DNA of 64,000 nt from Patescibacteria group bacterium (lineage in GTDB: Bacteria; Patescibacteriota; Minisyncoccia; Phycocordibacterales; PALSA-1337): NCBI GenBank assembly GCA_028865095.1, contig JAGWLA010000001.1:137806-201805 (forward strand), written 5' to 3'. The notes under the pieces were generated by a model. The model had not been told where the DNA came from, did no database searches, and worked only from the letters and a program-made list of their open reading frames with translations. Shown piece by piece: positions 61,171 through 64,000 of this stretch (position 1 is its first letter; each line of letters starts with the position of its first letter). Both the position numbers and the translations under genes were made by a program.

Positions 61171-62067
61171 TCACCAGTGGAACGAGAGCCCTGCCGAATA
61201 GAGGGTCTCACCCGGGCCGCTCTGGCCGCCGCCATACCAGAACACTTTGCTGATGCCGGTGGCGTGCTCGATGCGGACGGATATCGAAGGGCTCATGTCT
61301 TTCGAAGAGACTTCGGTCGGGTGGACCGACGATCCGATCACCAGGCGGCAGTCGTCGTAGATCGGCACCGATACGGCGGTCTCTACCGACGGCGTGCCGA
61401 GCCGGCTCAACCCGGTGTCCGCTTTCAGGCGGACCAGAAGGGTCGCCGGCTTGCCCTGGATATGCCCGAAGACCGTGCGGGCGTATGCGTACGCGTCCCA
61501 GAAGCGGATGCCGTAGCTGAATCTCCCGTCGCTCTCGGCTTGGGCGATGGTCGAGCGCCGCTCTTCTTCCGCCGCGAACGTGGCGTCCGCCGACACGGTC
61601 GGGGTCCGCTGCTCGACGGTATTGCCGAGAGACCCGCCGAGGAGCTTCCCGAAGAAGCCCTGGGCGGTGTCCTCGCCATAGCTCTCCCATCGGTCGATCG
61701 GCAGCCGCGCGACCGCCGTCTCGCGGAGGGCGTCCTCGAACGACGATTCGAAGCCGCCTCTTCCGAGAGAGACGACGCTCTCGTTGAAGCTGTAGCCGCG
61801 CCGGGCGGACCGCGCGATGTCCATGGCGGCGCCGGGGGAAAGGAGGCGGTCGGCGAATATCTGCGCCCCTCTCGTCTCTAGCTGGCCTCCGTAAGCGGCC
61901 GTCAAGCTCGTTCCCAGGCCGTCGTCTTTCTTGTCTATGAACATGTCGGCCCATGCCGTGGCTGCGCTCAAGCCGTTAGTGGCGCTGCCGGACGGGTCTG
62001 CGGCGCGCGCCGCCCCTGTGGCGGCCAGCGATGCGGCCGCAGCCGCGCATATAAGGATATTTCTCAT
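61171..62067 (-). CDS. Exported hypothetical protein (signal peptide; C-terminal aromatic residue)
   Basis: Start at MRNILICAAAAASLAATGAARA, preceded by AAGGAG. The protein ends ...GLSFHW. Confidence 0.45.
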   Translation of the reverse strand: MRNILICAAAAASLAATGAARAADPSGSATNGLSAATAWADMFIDKKDDGLGTSLTAAYGGQLETRGAQIFADRLLSPGAAMDIARSARRGYSFNESVVSLGRGGFESSFEDALRETAVARLPIDRWESYGEDTAQGFFGKLLGGSLGNTVEQRTPTVSADATFAAEEERRSTIAQAESDGRFSYGIRFWDAYAYARTVFGHIQGKPATLLVRLKADTGLSRLGTPSVETAVSVPIYDDCRLVIGSSVHPTEVSSKDMSPSISVRIEHATGISKVFWYGGGQSGPGETLYSAGLSFHW

Positions 62068-62176
62068 TGTCAGGCTCCTTGGTTGGGTTCGTGGCAATCA
62101 TACCTCCGGGGCGGCCGGCCGCAACCACAGCCTATGCACAGCGGGGCTTGACTTCAAGGCTTGCTATAATGTGCCC

Positions 62177-64000
62177 ATGATCCCCCCTTCCTCCTCTGAT
62201 CCCGCCGCCCGGGCCGCAGACGCGCAGGGCACGGCGGCGCTGGCTTTTGACATAGGCCTTGTCTGCCTCACGGCTCTGGCCCTCGTGGCCTCGTTCTTCT
62301 TCAAGGCGCCCGGCGCCGAAGCGGTCTTGGCCGCCCTCTCATTCCTGGGCCTCATCCCGGTCCTCGTCAGCGCGGCCCGGTCGCTGTGGAGCAGGCGCAT
62401 ATCGGTCGACCTCCTCGCGTCCATCGCTCTGGCGTTCTCGCTCATCGCCCGGGAATGGCAGTCGGCCGCCTTCATCACCCTGATGCTGGCGTTCGCGCGC
62501 ATCTTCGACCGCATCACCCAGGGCAGGACCAAGAAGATCATCCAGAGCCTCATGAAGTACCGCGTCGAGAGCGTCAGGATCCAGACGGGAGAGACGGTGC
62601 GGACCGTGCATATCGGCCAGGTCAGGGCCGGCGACCGCGTCATCGTCGAGTCGGGGGACCGGATGCCGGTCGACGGCACGGTGGCCAGCGGCGAAGCCGA
62701 AGTGGACGAATCCTCGCTGACCGGCGAGAGCGAGCTCGTGCCTAAGAAGGCGGGCGACAAGGTCTTCACGGCCACGGTCAACGAGAGCGGCTCGCTGGTG
62801 GTCGTCGCCGAGCGGATCGGCAAAGATTCGACCTTGGCGCGCATCATGGCGCTCGTCGAAGAGGCGAGCCGGAAGAAGAGCAGAGCCGAGCGGGCGGCCG
62901 ACACGTTCACCCAATGGTATATCGGCGCCACCTTGGCCGCTTCCGCCGTCATGTGGGCGTACGGCCTCTCCCCGAACGAGATCCTGGCCATCCTCCTGGT
63001 GGTCTGCGCGGACGACATCGCCGTGGCCGTGCCGCTCGCTTTCACGGCCTCGATCGCCCGCGCCGCCAAGCGCGGCATCATCGTCAAAGGCTCGGCCGCC
63101 ATGGAGCAGCTCGCCCGCATGAAGTACGTCCTCACCGACAAGACGGGCACCTTGACCAGGGGGAAGCCGAAGATCGCCGAGGTCCGGACGTACGGCGGCT
63201 TCTCGGCCGCCACGGTCCTGAACCGGGCCGGCATGGGCGCGTCGGAATCCGCGCATGCCGTGTCCAAGGCCATCCTCCGATATCTTGCCGAGAAGGGCAT
63301 CGCGACGCATGCCGCCCATGATTATACGGAAGCTCCCGGCCAAGGGGTGGAATTCTCCCATGGGACGGAGAAGATGCTGCTCGGCAGGCTCTCATTCATC
63401 GAGAGCAAGGGCGTGAAGGCTCCCGAGCAGGCCTTGGCCGACATCCGGGCCGAGAAGGACGCCGGCAGGGGCGTGGCGGTCCTGACGATCGGCGGGGCGG
63501 TCGCGGGCGTCCTTTCGTACGAGGACGAGCTGCGCCCCCGCGCCCGGGAGATCGTCGCCGAGACCGAGCGGCTCGGCGTCCGCGAATGGCACATGCTGAC
63601 GGGCGACAATGCCCGCGCCGCGGCCGCGACGGCGGCTCAAGCCGGCATCCGGCATTATCATGCCGACATGACCCCGGAATCGAAAGTGGCCTTCGTCCAT
63701 GCGTTCGAGCGCGAGAAGGAGCCGGCGGTCGTGGCGTACATCGGCGACGGAGTGAACGACGCCGCGTCGCTCGCCAGGGCCGACGTCTCCATCGCCATGG
63801 GCGGCATCGGCTCCGATGCCGCCATAGAGGCGGCCGACGTCACTCTCATGAAGGATCGGCTGGACCGCTTGCCGACGGCCATGCGGGCCGCCCAGCAGAT
63901 GCGCGCCATCATGTGGCAATGCTTCGGCATCTGGTTCGTGACCAACGCGTTCGGCCTGGCCTGGGTGGTCGTGGGCATCCCCGGCCTCGGCGTCCTCGGC
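62177..64000 (+). CDS. P-type (P1B-like) ATPase lacking N-terminal metal-binding domain and with atypical TM6 motif CADD; 3' end outside window
   Basis: TGES, DKTGTLT, GDGVNDA present. TM6 reads LLVVCADDIAVAVP instead of CPx. Not in the ORF track because it has no stop within the window. Confidence 0.75.
   Translation, partial: MIPPSSSDPAARAADAQGTAALAFDIGLVCLTALALVASFFFKAPGAEAVLAALSFLGLIPVLVSAARSLWSRRISVDLLASIALAFSLIAREWQSAAFITLMLAFARIFDRITQGRTKKIIQSLMKYRVESVRIQTGETVRTVHIGQVRAGDRVIVESGDRMPVDGTVASGEAEVDESSLTGESELVPKKAGDKVFTATVNESGSLVVVAERIGKDSTLARIMALVEEASRKKSRAERAADTFTQWYIGATLAASAVMWAYGLSPNEILAILLVVCADDIAVAVPLAFTASIARAAKRGIIVKGSAAMEQLARMKYVLTDKTGTLTRGKPKIAEVRTYGGFSAATVLNRAGMGASESAHAVSKAILRYLAEKGIATHAAHDYTEAPGQGVEFSHGTEKMLLGRLSFIESKGVKAPEQALADIRAEKDAGRGVAVLTIGGAVAGVLSYEDELRPRAREIVAETERLGVREWHMLTGDNARAAAATAAQAGIRHYHADMTPESKVAFVHAFEREKEPAVVAYIGDGVNDAASLARADVSIAMGGIGSDAAIEAADVTLMKDRLDRLPTAMRAAQQMRAIMWQCFGIWFVTNAFGLAWVVVGIPGLGVLG

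Noticed and set aside
62148-62170. TTGACT ... TATAAT as a canonical sigma-70 promoter for the ATPase
   Set aside because: The spacer is only 11 nt. The -10 alone (leaderless type) is more plausible.

Overview
This window is a GC-rich bacterial chromosome segment with leaderless-style promoters (TATAAT a few nt upstream of ATG). 1-10.5 kb is a type IV pilus locus: pilB 3' end, CheY-like receiver, pilT, pilC, two major pilin genes, pilD and four (pseudo)pilins. A fused GT2/GT-C glycosyltransferase plus a GtrA flippase sits between the two pilin genes, which suggests pilin glycosylation. Housekeeping genes follow (ligA, gatCA, prfB, ftsEX, pyrG) with a tRNA cluster (fMet, Met/Ile2-CAT, Asp, Thr, Thr). 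A roughly 24.5 kb AT-rich genomic island (26985-51487) is integrated at the 3' end of tRNA-Gln and flanked by 39-bp direct repeats. The island carries a large serine recombinase and a Type III R-M operon. That operon is co-transcribed with an AlbA_2/Schlafen-like protein, a 1210-aa protein (Cap4/HamA-like N-terminal nuclease motif plus helical repeats) and an Abi-type HEPN protein, a candidate new defence module. The island also holds a PD-(D/E)xK nuclease gene, a phage packaging remnant (ParB-methylase, TerS, TerL), and a CsoR-controlled copper/thiol-disulfide cluster with a P1B-3 (CPH) ATPase, a Met-rich protein, DUF1573, CcdA and PAP2. Downstream are several NUDIX hydrolases, a sigma-54 activator, a ZIP transporter, NDH-2, and a second P1B-like ATPase with an atypical CADD transmembrane motif that is truncated by the window end. 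All functional calls rest on motifs read from the ORF translations; no database search was possible.
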